Program-made: the position numbers and the translations under genes
Notes under the pieces: generated by a model
Database searches by the model: none
Told to the model about the DNA's origin: nothing
The model's input: the letters and a program-made list of their open reading frames with translations, nothing else
DNA from: Gekko japonicus
Lineage: Eukaryota
Length of the DNA: 64,000 nt
Reading direction: 5' to 3'
Assembly (NCBI RefSeq): GCF_001447785.1
Contig: NW_015176003.1
Coordinates: 114,697 to 178,696, forward strand
Shown here: positions 1 to 14,198 of the stretch, in pieces
How positions within the stretch are numbered: position 1 is the first letter of the stretch
How the letters are laid out: every line of letters starts with the position of its first letter

Positions 1-1003
1 TAGAGGACCACACCCAAAGAGTGGTGGTCAACGGTGTTTCGTCAGATTAGAGGGAGGTGTCCAGGGAGGTGCCGCAGGGCTCAGTTTTGGACCCAGTACT
101 TTTCAATATGTTTTATCAGTGATCTGGATGAAGGGGTAAAAGGGCTACTCATTAAATTTGCTGATGACACCAAATTGGAAGGAGTAGCAAACACCCAAGA
201 AGATAGTGTTACAATGTAACAAGACCTGAATACTCTGGAGAAGTGGGCAGTTGCAAACACGATGCAGTTCAACAAAGATAAATGCACAGTGTTATATCTG
301 GTCCACAAAAATGTCAAGCACAAATACTGGATGGGGGATACATTTCTGGGGAGTAGTATATGCGAAAGAGATCTTGGGGAAGGAGTGGACTGTAAACTAA
401 ATATAAACAGTCAGTGTGATGTGGTGGTAAAAAAAGACAAATTCAGTCTTGTGTTGTATTAAAAGGGCCATACCAGGAGGTCATAGCCCCTCTGTATACT
501 GCCTTGGTCAGGCCACACCTGGAGTACTGTGTGCAGTTCTAGAGGCCTCACTTCAAAAAGGATGTGGACAAAATCGAGAGGGTGCAGAAGAGAGCGACAA
601 AGATGATCAGGGGTCTGGAGACTGACACCTACGAGAAAAGGCTAAGGGCCCTGGGAATGTTTAGTTTAGAGAAGAAGAGAATGAGGGGGGACATGATTGC
701 TCTCCTTAAATATTGGAAAGGCTGTCATTTGGAGGAGGGCAAGGAGCTGTTCCAGTTGGCAGAGGATAGGACCCAAAGTAACAGGTTTAAATTACATGCA
801 GAAAGGTATATTTTAGGAAGAACTTTTTCACAGAGTGGTTCAAAGGTTGAATCAGCTGCCTAGGGAGGTGGTTAGCTCCCCCTCACTGGCAGCTTTCAAG
901 AAGAGGCTGGTCGAATATTCATCAGAGTTACTTTAGGTTGGTCCTGCATTGGGCAGGGGGTGGGACTAGATGGTCTGTATGGCCCAAACTCTATGATTCT
1001 ATG
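1..1003 (+). mobile_element. CR1 LINE, 3' fragment (decayed ORF2 RT and 3' UTR)
   Basis: ORF pieces 'LIKFADDTKLEG', 'MQFNKDKC', 'ERVQKRATKMIRGLE', 'RMRGDMIA'; ends in the CR1 tail 'ctatgattctatg'. Confidence 0.95.
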
Positions 1004-1859
1004 TATACATCACACTAGCCCAGAGAAGTAATGAAGTGAACTATGGCAGGAAATTCTGACCAATTTAGAATTACAGCAGCAGGAGGACACTGAAGGTTTC
1101 TTTTGTGTTATTTAAAACTTTATTTTTTGAATGATTCTCTAATTACAAGATGCAAAACTGCAGTGTTCACACCACTCATTGCAAATGCTTCTCAGACCAG
1201 ACCAAATACACAAGCAGTTTGTTCCCATTGTCTTGCCAACTGGTTGCAGGTGTGGTGACAAATTAAAAAAAAATGGTTGAAGACATGAAAGGTAGATCAG
1301 AAGCAAAGCCCATGTTTCTAAATGTGATCGTAAGCAGCTGGGATTGTGAGTTTTAATCATTTTAGTAAGCAACAATAATCAGCCAACAAAACAGATGGCA
1401 GTCTCACTGCCCACTAGATTTAAAAATATCTCAGGGGATTTGAAACAAAACCATGAGTAGTCTTTCTGCAATTAATCCAGCAACTATGGATTGTATCTGG
1501 AACATTAATGAAAAGCCTCACTTTGCATTAGTGGCTTTTCTAAAAGAAAAGTAGGTTCTGAAATTGTGTTAACTTCCTGTCTGCCTCCTAATAGAGATCA
1601 CATTAGAAACAGCTTCTCCATGAAGGAGTGGATACATTTTAATTTTTAAAATCTTGGATGAGCACTGTAAACAACATTATAGCATTTTATCCCTTGGAAT
1701 TTAACAATGGCTCTGGTGTTACTTAAAGGTATAAAACTGGAAAAAATCTACAGCACACTGTTAACAATAAATAAAAATAAAACAGAGTTTAAAAAATTAA
1801 ACCCAGTTAACTTTCAAGGAGCCTTGATCTGTGTTTCCTTGGGCCTTCTTTTTTTAAAA

Positions 1860-2142
1860 AAAAAGATCCAATTTTCCGGAGAGATTAAGATGCGGCAAAA
1901 GATTAAAGAAGGGAAAGAGATACAATAGTGGATACATTTTCAAATTGCTTCAAGATTTAAAAATGAGATCTGTATTTAAAAAGGTGTTCTAAAAGAACTG
2001 ACTGATTTTGAAAAGATTGTCTCATAATCTAAAGACCACCTACTAGGCTGAATTTACAAATTATAGCTTCAATGTGATTCTGAAGATGAACAGATTAAAC
2101 CATGCATTATTAAATGGATGCAAAATTTTGGTGAGGAAATAC
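1860..2142 (+). mobile_element. Short decayed L1-like ORF2 fragment
   Basis: Translates to 'EQIKPCIIKWMQNFGEEI', matching 'EIVKPCMITWMQNIGHNL' of the L1 at 54755. Confidence 0.6.
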
Positions 2143-4420
2143 AGTTTCTTTTTTTTTAATCTTTTCACTTTTTTCTGTATCCATAATTCATGCTGTATGC
2201 TGAAAGCATTTCTAACTTACAAGAGAGTTTTCTAACTATTAAACCAACCATAAACCTTAATTCATACTTAGTTACACTTCTTTGTTATATTACCAATCCA
2301 CTTATATACATTTGCCCAGGTTTTTTGAAATACTTCTTCCCCCTTTCCCTCTAGCAGTATTGTTAGCTTATCCATTTCTGCTATATCTAGCAATTTCTGT
2401 ACAAATTCTTCCCTTAATGGAGTTTTTTCTGATTTCCAACATTTAGCGACAGAATCCTGGGAGTCGTTATTACATGAATAATCAAATACTTATCCTGCTT
2501 TTTATAAACATCTGGAATTATGTTCAGTGAAAATAATTCTGGCTTTAGTGGCACTTTTAACTCTATTATTGCTTGTAACATTTCTTGAATCATCAACCAA
2601 TATATTTTTTTGCATTGTCACATATCCACCACATATGAAAATATGTCCCGACATTTTTCTTACATTTCCAACTAGTGTTTACCAAATTAGGGTAACATTT
2701 CGCTAATCTATCTGGAGGGATGTGCCACCTATAAAACATTTTGTATAAATTCTTCTTACATGAGGTGGCTCTCGTTAGTTTTATATTTGTATGCCATACC
2801 TTTTTCCATTGCTCCAAATCTATATTATAAACTAAATTTTGTACCCACGTTATCATAAAAGGTTTATCTCATCTTGCATTTTAAATTCCAAAAAGAAGTT
2901 ATATAGTTTCTTTATGAGTTTTTCTTCTGTATCCAACCATATCTTGTCCAACTCTCCAGGTTTCTCCTCAAATCCGTTTTTTCTATCTATTTTAAACCTC
3001 AATTCCAGTTGGGTTCTTTTCCACCATGTCAATTCAGTGTTTTGGTTTTGCAGTGTCTCTACTGATTTCAATTTTTTTTTATTGTCTAGTAGGTTTTCAT
3101 ATCTGCACATCTTATACTTAGAAAACAGTGTGGATTTTACAGAGGCTTCCAAAAGTGAAACCCACATGGGAGTTTTATTACAATGATTTTTTTGTTACAT
3201 CCCATGCTTTCTTCAAAATCGCTCTGAGATAATGTTGCCTAAAATATCATACCAAAGAAAGGCATGCCAACCCATTGGGAGATTGTGTTGTTCTAGTTTT
3301 AAAAGTCTTATGTTTTGTAGTGTTATCCATTTTTTATCCAAACCATAGATGCTACTTTTGGAAAAGCAAATCCTCCTCTTTCTTTCCTATCTTGTAATAA
3401 CTTCATTTTAATTCTAGTTTTTTTTATAGTTATTTTATTGCCATATACATTGAGATATGATTTTATCTAGCTCTTTGAAATATTGCTGGTTCTTTACGTT
3501 AGGTATTGTTTGGAAAAGATAGGTCAGGGAAGGATGTTTATTTTGACTGTTGCTATTCTTCTAATAAATGAGATTTGTAACCCCTTCCAGTTCTCCAAAT
3601 CTTTCTTGATTTGTATCAACAGTTTCTTATAATTATCTTCAAATAATGAACTACATCTATTAGTCAACATAATACCTAAATATTTTAGTTTTTTACACAC
3701 CTCAATGCCTGACAATTCTTGCAATTGTAATATCTGGTTTATAGTGCAATTTTTTGTAAGAATCATTGTCTTTTTAAAATTAATTTTAAAGCCAGCTACT
3801 TGCCCATATTGTTCCATGATACTTAAAAGTTGCTTGATCAAAATCAGTGGATCTTCTAAAATAAAAACTAGGTCATCAGCAAAAGTTTGCAATTTAAATT
3901 GTTCTCCCCTTATTTTAAGGCCTTTAATTTTATTATCTCCTCTAACTAGCTCATTCAGTGTTTCTAATGCAAAAATAGAAAGCAATGGGGATAGTGGACA
4001 TCCCTGCCTTGTCCCCTTCTGTATCTCAATATTATACATGGTGTCTCCATTGCATTTTGCTCCATAAGCATTTTGCTTATTGTATATTGCTCTAATCATT
4101 GTATAGAAAACCTCACCACAGCCCGACTGTTTTAATTGTGCCAATACATAACTCCAACTGATATTATCAACTGCTTTCTCTGTATCTATAAAAAGGAGAG
4201 ACATTTGTTTTTCCGGATGAGCTTCAAAGTACTCAAGAGTATTCAAAATGATTCTAACATTTCTTAGCTGTCTCTTAGGTAAGAAACCTGCTTGATCTTG
4301 ATGTATTAATCGAGCCAGACTTTAAAAAATCTAGCTGCTAGTATTGTTGCGTATATTTTATAATCTGCATTTAATAAAGAAATTAGTCTGTAATTTTTGA
4401 CATCCTTCTAATCTGTTCCT

Positions 4421-4888
4421 TTTTATTTATTTATTTGTTTATTATTAAATTTTTATCCCGCCCTCCCGGCCAAGGCCGACTCAGGGCGGCTTACAACAAT
4501 AAAATTTGCATAAAACAATCATAATAAAATCACATACATTAATAAACACAACATTAAAATTCAAACAAAATAAAGTGCTAGCAACAATCCTCTTTATCTC
4601 AATTGACTCTTTGGCCTTCTGCGGCTATCTCAGGTAATTGGCACGGGCTGTGTTTGAGGGACCTATGGGCCAGGGCTCCACCAGAGTAGATATTAATTGT
4701 TGCCAGTGAAAGTGTTAGTGGTGGACGCTCCAAAAACCCGGCAGAAGAGCTCCATCTTACGGGCCCTGTGGAATTGTGAAAGGTCCCGCAGGACCCTAAT
4801 CTCTTCCGGGAGCTCATTCCACCAGAGTGGAGCCACCAGCGAAAAAGCCCTGGCCCTAGTTGCCACCAGTCTGGCCTCCTTAAAGCTT
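4421..4888 (-). mobile_element. L2 LINE 3' fragment nested in L1 ORF2
   Basis: Reverse complement of the 'gtaagccgccctgag...gggcgggataaaaa...(taaa)n' tail; homologous to the L2 end at 49700-50150; splits the L1 motif LIPKQ|GTD. Confidence 0.85.
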
Positions 4889-5653
4889 GTTTAGGAATTA
4901 GTGTAATTAAGGCCTCATTCCATGAGTTTGGAATCTTGTTTTTTTGGTAGATATTCTGCATTGTTCATTTTAATGGCAATATTATCTGGTCTTCAAAGAA
5001 CTGAAATTGGTATACCATCCGGTCCTGGTGTTTTCTTCTTCTTTAATTTTCTGATCTTTTCAGCTTTTTTCAGTATCATAATTGGTTCGTTCAAGGCTTT
5101 CCTTTGATCTTCTGTAAACTTTTTTAAATTATATTTTTCAAGAAAATATTTTTATCTTGTTGATCTTCCCCCTTTTGTTGATATAATTTCTTATAGAAAC
5201 TTTCAATATTTTTTTTAGATCCTTAGCACTATATTTCTCCTTACCCTGTCCATTTCTTAATGACCTAATCTGGTTTTTGTCTTTTTCTTTCCTTAATTTA
5301 TATGCCAACCACTTGGTTGACGTATTCGTGTTTTCAAAATAATATTGTTTTATGTAGTCCAATTTCTTTGCTAATCCTTGTGTCAAAAAACAGTTCATCT
5401 GATGTAACTTTTTAAATTTAATTCTTAACTGTTCCAAAGATGGTTCCTCCTTCAGTTTCTCTTCTTCCTTTTTGATCTGCATTTTGATTTGTTCATATTT
5501 CAATCTTTTTTGGTTTCTTAACCAGACTTCTTGTCTAATTAAGACTTCTTGTCTTCTTGTGAATGCCTTAAAGGTGTCCCATACTATATCTATGTGAGTC
5601 TCAAGTTGAATATTATGCTTTTAAAAAGCAGTAAATTCTTCTTTAGTTTCCTT

Positions 5654-5878
5654 TGTTGTTGTTCAGTCGCACAGTCGAGTCTGACTCTTCGCGACCCCAT
5701 GAACAAGATCCTGCCAGGCCCTCCTGTCCTCCGCTGTCCTCTGAAGTTTGCTCAACTTCATGCTCGTTGCATCTATTACACTGTCCAACCATCTCATCCT
5801 TTGCATCCCCGTCTTCTTTGACCTTCAATCTTTCCCAGCATCAGGGTCTTCTCCAGTGAGTGCTCCCTTCTCATTTGA
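5654..5878 (-). mobile_element. BovB/RTE 3' fragment nested in L1
   Basis: (caa)n tail and sequence near-identical to the 3' end of the BovB at 55214. Confidence 0.92.
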
Positions 5879-6404
5879 AAATCTTTATTATTAAGTAACT
5901 AGGTCTTCATTGTCCATCTAGAACTTTTAGGAGCATCTTGAAGTATTAAAACTACAGGGTTATGATCCGCGAATGTTGATGGTAGTATTTCCACTTCTAA
6001 AGATCATTTATAAAATTAGTTGATATCCAGGCCATATCTAGCCTCGACCACGATTTATGCCTTGCAGAAAAATAAGTAATGTCTCTCCTATCGATATTCC
6101 TGATTCTCCAAGTGCCTATGATCTTTATTTCTTCTGTTAATTAATAGAAAAGCTTTTGGGAGTTTATTCCCTCAGTTCTGTTTCCCTAATTGATTTTTCC
6201 TATCTAATTTTCTGTCAAGAACCACATTGTAGTCTCCTATAATACAAATATCTTCAAATGTTTGTGCTGCTATTACCTCTCATAGTGAATAATAGAATTC
6301 GTCTTGGCACTGGTTAGGTGTATATATATTCCCTATTAAGGTTGATTTGGCTTGCCTCTGGATTCTTACCATCACAATTCTACCATCTTTAGATTTAAAT
6401 ACTG

Positions 6405-9005
6405 TTTTTTTAATAATATAATTTTTTTATTATTTCCAACATCACCACATACATTCCTTAAATCAGGTCCAAGGCTTACAAAAACATCCAACATGACTAG
6501 CTAATAACCCATCACCTAAATACACATAATGTAAAAATAGATCATCTCCTTCTCTTATATCTTTTTTTAATTACCCATATTATAAGTTTATAAATTTGCC
6601 TTATGCTCCAACCAATTATACACTTGTGACCAGACTCTCTGAAAAATTGAACTCATATTTCCATGCATCTTTTGCGTTAAATTGTCCATTTCTACCACTT
6701 CAATTATCTTACTAATGTAGTCCCATCTACTTGGTACCTGTTCACTTTTCCAGTGCTTTGCCAGCACTATTCTTGCCACCGTTACTAAGTGCATAACTAC
6801 ATATATTTCTTTTTCCTTCGATTTTTCCGGGAATATATTTAAGAGAAATATTTCTGGCTCTAGCGGAATCTGAATGCTAGTTATTTGGACTAGTATCTTT
6901 TGCACCTCTTTCCAATATTGTTTCACCTCGCCACATGTCCACCAGACATGATAATACGAGCCTTCCTGGACCTTCCATTTCCAACATTTACCGTCCAACC
7001 CCGTATATATTCGGGCTAACCTTTCTGGCGCCATATACCACCAATGTACCATTTTAAAAACATTTTCTTTTAAAGGCACCGCTTTTAACCATCTTGTGTT
7101 TTTCCAAATCCTTTCCCACTTGATTAGGTCTATGTCATACCCTAAATTTTTCACCCACGATCCTATTGTTCCCTTAAAAACCTCATCCTGCATCTTATAA
7201 CTTAACATAAAAGAGTAGATTTTGCCAATCAGTTTAACATCATCTCCCAAGAGTATTTTATCTAAATCGGACATCTCTGAAAAGAAACCTATCTGCTTGT
7301 CCTTAGCAAACTTAGAGCTTAACTGGTTTCTTTCCCACCAAGATAACTGTATTTGCTCGGCTTGTAGTGCTTCCTGCGATTTGAGCATGTTATTACTATT
7401 AAGAAAATCCTCGTACCTCAAAGCCCGTACTTCTGACATCAAATTAGGTAGGGTACTGGCCTCAAGCGGGGCTAACCATCTAGGTGTCTTAGTATAAAAT
7501 AACGTTCTGATCTCGTTCCATACTTTTATTAAACTAGCTCTAATCAGATGTTGCCTAAAATATGAGTGTGTCTCGTATTTCTTATCCCATAAAAAGGCGG
7601 GCCACCCTGCCATCAAATTAAAGCCCTCCAGATTTAAAACTCTCGTTTTTTTAAACAAAATCCACTCTCTTAACCAAGTGAGTGCCGCCGCCTGATAGTA
7701 AAGCCACCAGTTGGGTATTGCCAGCCTGCCTCTTTGATCTTTTTCTTGTAAGAATTTTAATTTGATTCTCGGCTTCTTCTTTTGCCAAACAAACTCTCGC
7801 ACTAATCCATCTAACTTTCCAAAACAACCAAAATTTCTAAGAACTGGGATAGTTTGAAAAAGAAATAATACCTTTGGAAGAAAAGTCATTTTTATCACTG
7901 CTGCCCTTCCCACCATGGAAAGCTGCAGCACTGACCAATTATCAAATTCCTTTTTTGTTGGGACTATCAAACGCTCATAATTATCTTGTACTAGGGTGCT
8001 GGTTCTGCTTGTTATGTACATTCCCAGGTACTTTATTTTCTTTACCACTTCAAACTTTGAGATTTCCTTTATACTTTGAATTATATTTTCTTTGCAGTTT
8101 TTTGTCAGCACCTTAGTTTTCCCAATGTTAACTTTAAAACCCGCTAGTTGGCCAAACTTATCTAAGGTCTCTATCAAAGGAGCCATTGAGTTTATTGGAT
8201 CTAACAATATCATTGCAATATCATCGGCATAGGCCTGTATTTTGTATTCCTGCCCTTTTACCTTAATCCCTTTTATCCTACTATCATTTCTTAAAGCCTC
8301 ACAAAGTCCTTCAATAACTAAAATAAATAATAGAGGCGAAAGAGGGCAGCCTTGACGAGTACCTTTACATATGCCAATTTTTTCCATCATGTCTGCGTTT
8401 ATCACGATTTTGGCATCTTGTTTTTGGTAAATTGTTTCTATTCTACTAATAAAATCTTTTCAACAATCCATTGCTTTTAGATTTTCAATCATATATTCCC
8501 AATTTATGTTGTCGAATGCCTTCTCAGCATCTAGACATATTATAGCGAGTTGCTTATCTGCATTTACTTCACCGTACTCCAAGGTGTTTAATATCGTTCT
8601 TACATTCTGCCTCATTTGCCTGTTAGGTAAGAACCCAGCCTGATCTGAATGTATTATTTGAGTAAGCACCTGCCTCATTCTATAAGCAATAATAGAAGCG
8701 TAAATCTTGTAATCGACGTTCAAGAGCGAAATAGGTTGATAATTTCATATTTCTTTTTCATCAGAGCCTTTCTTATGAATCAAGATCAAAGCTGAACCCC
8801 ACGAGTCCGGTATTGTCTCTCCCCCTGTTGAGACAACCATTTTAAATATTACGCTAATTTCATCCTCAAAAGCTAAATAAAACTCTGATGGCAGCCCATC
8901 TGGTCCTGGGGATTTATTTTTCTTTTGCTTTTTAATCGCTTGTACTACTTCTGCCATAGTGATAGGATGATTCAAGATCTTTTTCTGTTGTTCATTCATT
9001 AGTAT
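6405..9005 (-). mobile_element. Younger 5'-truncated L1 inserted in the endonuclease region of the older L1
   Basis: 605-aa open ORF2 segment 6588-8405 ('GTRQGCPLSPLLF', 'AYADD', 'YYHVWWTC') plus upstream pieces 8460-8999; host EN sequence resumes after about 9005. Confidence 0.92.
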
Positions 9006-9151
9006 TTAGATACTAATTAAGGGTGAAGATAAGACTTCACATATACTGCCACTCCTTTTTTTTTTTTTTGCTTATCTGCTGCTACAAAACATTCCCCCAA
9101 TCTTCTACGTTTAAATAAGTTCTTAATATTTTTTTCTTGCAAGCAGACTAT

Positions 9152-9612
9152 GGCTGTGATCAAACTGGCAGATGGGCGTGATATGGTGCCACCTCTAATT
9201 GACCCGTGTTAAAGTGTAGTGGGATATATCAGCCACACAGCACACCCTGCTGTGGGTTACCCACGGAGACATCACGTGGTAAAGCCTCCAAATTATTGTG
9301 GTGCCTCAGCCACAAAGTGAACAGCAAAACAAAATCCAAAAACCATGTGTGTGCATAGTGTGCATGCGCACATATGCAAGTCTTTTTAAAAACTGCCTCA
9401 ATAGCGGCAGAACAGATCCGCATGTTCACACTGCCAAATCCATTCTGTGCACATTCCCCCATGTTCAGACATCCGGCCATGCACAATGAATGTGGGGGGA
9501 AACAAAAACACCACTTAGGAGGTGGTGGCTTTTTAACCCAGCTCCAAGTCATCCTCTGATGGGGTAAGTATGCCTGGGGAATGCCTGACAGATGTGGCTG
9601 TGTGATCCTGCC
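9152..9612. mobile_element. Harbinger/PIF-like MITE nested in L1
   Basis: Imperfect termini ggctgtgatca...tgatcctgcc with tat/cat flanks; termini resemble the hairpin MITE at 23232; interrupts L1 EN. Confidence 0.55.
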
Positions 9613-10411
9613 CATTTACTTCATTTGTAAAATGTGCCATTTGATGGAAAACTCTTCTCTTTTGTGGTGCATTTAACCCATTTACATTTATTGATAATAT
9701 TTTAATTCTCCTGTGACCACTCATTTTTAGCTTTTTTTCCCTCTTGTCTCAACTGTGATCTTGTAACTACATTCCTGGGAATAATTTTACTTGCTTTCCC
9801 CCCTTTTCCCCTTCTTAAATCTGTTTCATCTTGATCTTGCCATCTTCCTCCGTTTCACTTAGGTCTTCCTCCTGTAATCTCAGGTCTTGCCCATATTTGT
9901 CCAAAAAATCTTCCGTTTTAAATATTGAATGTATCTTTTGCCTTTTACCCTTTTATGTGAAGACAATTCCTTCCAGTAATAACCATTTGTATACAATCTC
10001 ATTAGCCCTCAGTAAATTTGTAAGGTTTAGATATTCTTGTCTCATTTCCCTTACCCACCAAGGGACATATTTTAGAATTAGAATTTCTTTTTCTTGTATG
10101 CGCAATGGTGACACGTTTACTGACATTAGGATATTGTCTCTTAACATTTTTCTATAGAACTTAATATGTACCTCTCTGGGTATTTTGCGTTTTTTGGCAT
10201 ATGCCAAGTTCCTTCTGTATACTGCATCCATCTCTTCAAAAATTTCTTTAGAGGTTACTATGCCTAAATGTTCAGTTAAAGCTTCTGCCATCACTTCTTT
10301 TATGTTCTCATCTCTTTTTCTTGGTATGTTTTGAAACCCTAAAATGTGGGTGGCTTTCTCCACCTCTAAATTTAATAGTGATTTTTCATCACTTCATATT
10401 TAATTTTTAGA

Positions 10412-11531
10412 TCTTAGAATTATAAAATCATAGAATTTTAGAGTTGGTAGGGACCTTGCAGGTCATATAGTCCAACCCCCTGCACTCTGCAGGAGTATAC
10501 TGAAAGATAGGCCTACATACCTACAACATACCCGAAAGATGGTCGTCCAGCCTCCGCTTGAAAACATCCAATGAAGGAGCATCCACCACCTCCCGAGGCA
10601 GACTGTTCCACTGCTCAACCACTCTTACAGTTAGGAAGTTTCTCCTGATATTTAGCCGGTAATGACTCCTTTCTAATTTCCACCCATTAGATCTAGTCTT
10701 GCAATCCGGAGCAAGAGAGAATAGATCTGCTCCATCTTCTACATGACAGCCCTTTAAATCCTTGAAGACTGCAGTCATGTCCCCTCTAATACTTCTCTTT
10801 CCCAGCCTAATCATACCCAACTCTTTCAGCCTTTCCTCATAAGACTTGGATTCCAACCCTCTCACCATCCTGGTTGCCCTCTTCTGGTCACGTTCAAGCT
10901 TGTCAACATCCTTTCTAAAATGTGGTGCCCAAAACTGGGCACAGTACTCCAGGTGGGACCTGACCATAGCAGAATAGAGCGGAACTACCACCTCCCTTGA
11001 TCTGGACACAATGCTTCTGTTAATACATCCTAAGATTGCATTAGCTTTCTTCACAGCCACATCACAATGCAGGCTCATGTTTATCTTAAGATCAACCAGA
11101 ACACCTAGATCCCTTTCACATGTGCTGCTGTCAAGCCAAGTCCCTCCCATTCTATATCTATGTCTTTGATTTTTTGTACCTAAGTGTAGGACTTTGCATT
11201 TATCTCTATTGAAATTGATTTTATTTGTCTCAGCCCACCGTTCCAGCCTATCTAGATCATTTTGAATCCTGACTCTGTCTTCTTCAGAATTAGCAATCCC
11301 ACCTAACTTCGTGTCATCTGCAATTTTGATAAGCATCCCCTCTATGTCTTCCTCCAGGTCATTTATAATAACATTGATCAACACCAGGCCTAGGACCAAG
11401 CCCTGTGGCACTCCACTTGAGACTTCCCTCCACGTAGACGCAGAGCCATTTACGAGCACTCGTTGGATACGATTTTTCAACCAACCATGAATCCATCCAA
11501 CAGTTGCACCATCCAGCCCACACTTAACCAC
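10412..11531 (-). mobile_element. CR1 LINE 3' fragment inserted in L1 ORF1
   Basis: 336-aa open ORF 10521-11531 ('SGVPQG', 'ADDTKLGG', 'WNSLPREVV'); splits L1 ORF1 in two. Confidence 0.95.
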
Positions 11532-11970
11532 TTAATCTTGTACTTGTTGATCTACTTCTTCTACTGTATCTTCTATTTTATTCGTTGCAGTAGCCAGTTT
11601 TGATGTCTCCTTTTTATTCTCTAGAATTTGTTTTTTAAACTCTTCATTTTGTAAAGATACTTGTTGTGTTAAAGCATATAATTTTGTTTGTAATGGTTCC
11701 ATTGCCTTGGCTACAAAAGAGGGCTTCTGAATTATCTCATTAATTGCTTGTAAAACACTTTCCTGTATGAGCGCCTGTAACTCTTTTGTACCTGTCTGTG
11801 CCAGACTTGCTGCTACTACCTTCATTTGTCCTGGCGATGGAAGAGATGCCTTCATAGTTCCACTTGACATTTTTATTTTATTTTATTTGGTAGCTTTTTA
11901 TTTTCACTCTTATTTCCACTATTTCTTGTACTTATCTATCTATTTTATTTAACCTGATCTATCTCAATCT

Positions 11971-12325
11971 GTGGAGCTGCGGTGGCTCAAGTGGTTAAGA
12001 CGCTGAACTGCAGGCTGTGGAAGGTCAGTAGTTCAGCAGTTCAAGACCCGGGTGCCACATGATGGAGTGAGCTCCCATCTCTAGTTCCAGCTCCTGCCAA
12101 CCTAGCAGTTAGAAAGCAAGAAATTGTAAGTAGATAAATAGGTACCGCTTTGGTGGGAAGGTAACAGCGTTCCGTGCACCTTGGCGTTTAGTCATGCCGG
12201 CCACATGACCACGGAAACATCTTCGGACAGCGCTGGCTCTTTGGCATTGAAACGGAAATGAGCACCGCAACCCTAGAGTCAGATTTGACTGGCTTTCGAG
12301 CAAGGGAACCTTTACCTTTACCTTT
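11971..12325 (+). mobile_element. Sauria SINE, full length
   Basis: tRNA-like head 'ggtggctcaagtggttaag...gttcaagacc', (accttt)n tail, 11-bp TSD tatctcaatct at 11960-11970 and 12326-12336. Confidence 0.92.
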
Positions 12326-12757
12326 TATCTCAATCTATCTGACTACTTATCTATCTACCTTATTTAAACTTATTTAATTCAATCTAAATAAAAAAATAAG
12401 AGTAGATGAAAAAAGGGGCTCTTACATTTCCCAGCCAGTACTCCCGTTCTTTTAACCTAATAGTCCTCTTTTTAAGAAAAAGAAATTCTGTCAACCCCGT
12501 GGTATAATCATATATGAGACTATTGATACACTGTTGCCGTCATACCTAAGCCTATTCCTCACTGACTAACAAAGTAGCTAACAACCCTCCTCCCAAATAC
12601 AAAAGGAGAGAAAGAGGGCATAGAAGGCAAAAGAAAATGGAGTGGAGAGATAGTCCACTTATTTCCCACTCTTCTCCTCTCTTCTCTTCTTCTGCCTCTT
12701 TCTTCACTTGTCTTCTCTTATCTTCTCTTTTCCTTCCCCCCTATCCTCTATTGTTTC

Positions 12758-14198
12758 TGTTATGTATTAACTGCGGACTGCACATGCAGTTGGACCAACA
12801 TGTGGTTAGAAGCGAAGGTTAAGCTTCACTCAAGAGACAATGGTCGGCTTGGATCCTAGTGCGGACCAATCGGCCACCCCGGATCTGGGATTGGACCTAT
12901 GGGTGTTAGGTGTAAATAGCCTATCATGGGTGTAAATAGCCTATCATGGGTTGTGGGTTTGTCAGTTGGGTGTGGCGTGTTTGGGGATTCAAGCAGGCCA
13001 TCAACTGTGCTACTGTGTCTTTTAGCTCCTGATACTTCTAATAAACTATGAGCTGATCAGTATGCTACGCCTCAGAACTCAGTATATTGCACTGGTGATG
13101 AGGATGGAATCCCGATGAGTGACCCGGCCACCGACTTGAGCACCACACCACACACTGACCGCTAGGACTCTGTGACCCACATCACTGCACATGGTCAAGC
13201 CGCACTGCACACAGATTCCCCAGTCATTGTGCCTTGCATCACTCCTACAGTCATGGCTGCCGCTCCAAGAACCATCTTTACCTTCAATTCTGTGCACCCA
13301 CAGTTCTGGGAAGCATGGGTAGAACAGCTCAACCAATTCATCAGCTACCATGATGTGACCGATGCTGACAAGAAAAAGTCTCTGCTCATCAGCACATGTG
13401 GCATCGCCACAGTCTGCTTGACCCAGGGATTCATCGCCCCCAAGAAAATGGTGGAGGCATCATTTGATGAGCTCCTCAAGGCCTTGACGAACTACTTTGC
13501 GCCAAAGCCGACAAAAATGGCCAAGCGCATGGACTTGTTTGCGCATACCCAGATGATGGGAATGGCAGCCCCAGTCTTCATGGCTGAGCTCCACTGACTC
13601 ACCATGGAATGTGAGTTTACCGATGTGGAAGACATCATCCTCACCCAATTTGTCTGGGGTGTCAAGGACCCTAAGCTTCGCTGCAAAATAATTGGAGCTA
13701 AGGAACTCAAGCTGGAAACGGCACTCCAGATGGCCACCGCCTTCGAGAGGTCACACCAGGAGCAGCCACCATCTTCGACACACCAAACAGCCACCTCTGC
13801 AACCTCAGATGCCTCGGACGAGGATGAAGTGTTCCAGGTACACCGTTCCGCCCACCGAACCCTGTGGCCCAAGGTTGCAAGTGCTCAAATGGCTGAGAAG
13901 ACCACTGCCAGTTGTGGGGAAGCTCATGAACGTAGGTCCTGCCATTTCCAGGATGCCACGTGCCACTCCTGTGGGAAACAAGGACACATCACCCACGCCT
14001 GTTGCTCTCAAGGGTCATGACGCCAGAACACCACCCACCAAGAATCCACCGACCTCCACACTATCCACCAGTTCCAGGTACTAAATTTGCACCAGGCTAC
14101 CCCTAACAAAATACATTTAACCGCGCAGATTGAAGGGGCCCCCTGCAAATAGAGCTTGACACTGGGTTGTCCTTTTTCATAATCTCTGCCGAGACCTT
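12758..14198 (+). mobile_element. Gypsy (Mag-like) LTR retrotransposon, 3'-truncated: 5' LTR 12758-13091, PBS, gag, start of protease
   Basis: TG...CA LTR with AATAAA; PBS tggtgatgaggatggaat (tRNA-Ser type); gag 13172-14020 with knuckle 'CHSCGKQGHITHAC'; protease 'ELDTG' near 14155. Confidence 0.9.

Larger units (their letters stand above)
2147..12750 (-). mobile_element. Full-length decayed L1-clade LINE (5' UTR, ORF1, ORF2 EN-RT-Cys), fragmented by nested insertions
   Basis: ORF1 pieces 11532-11870 (coiled coil) and 9953-10363; EN start 'IKILSINVNGLN' near 9724; RT 'GTRQGCPLSP...FADD' 3524-4246; 'WKCKK...FHMWWIC'; T-run (polyA) near 2147. The 5' boundary is approximate. Confidence 0.88.
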
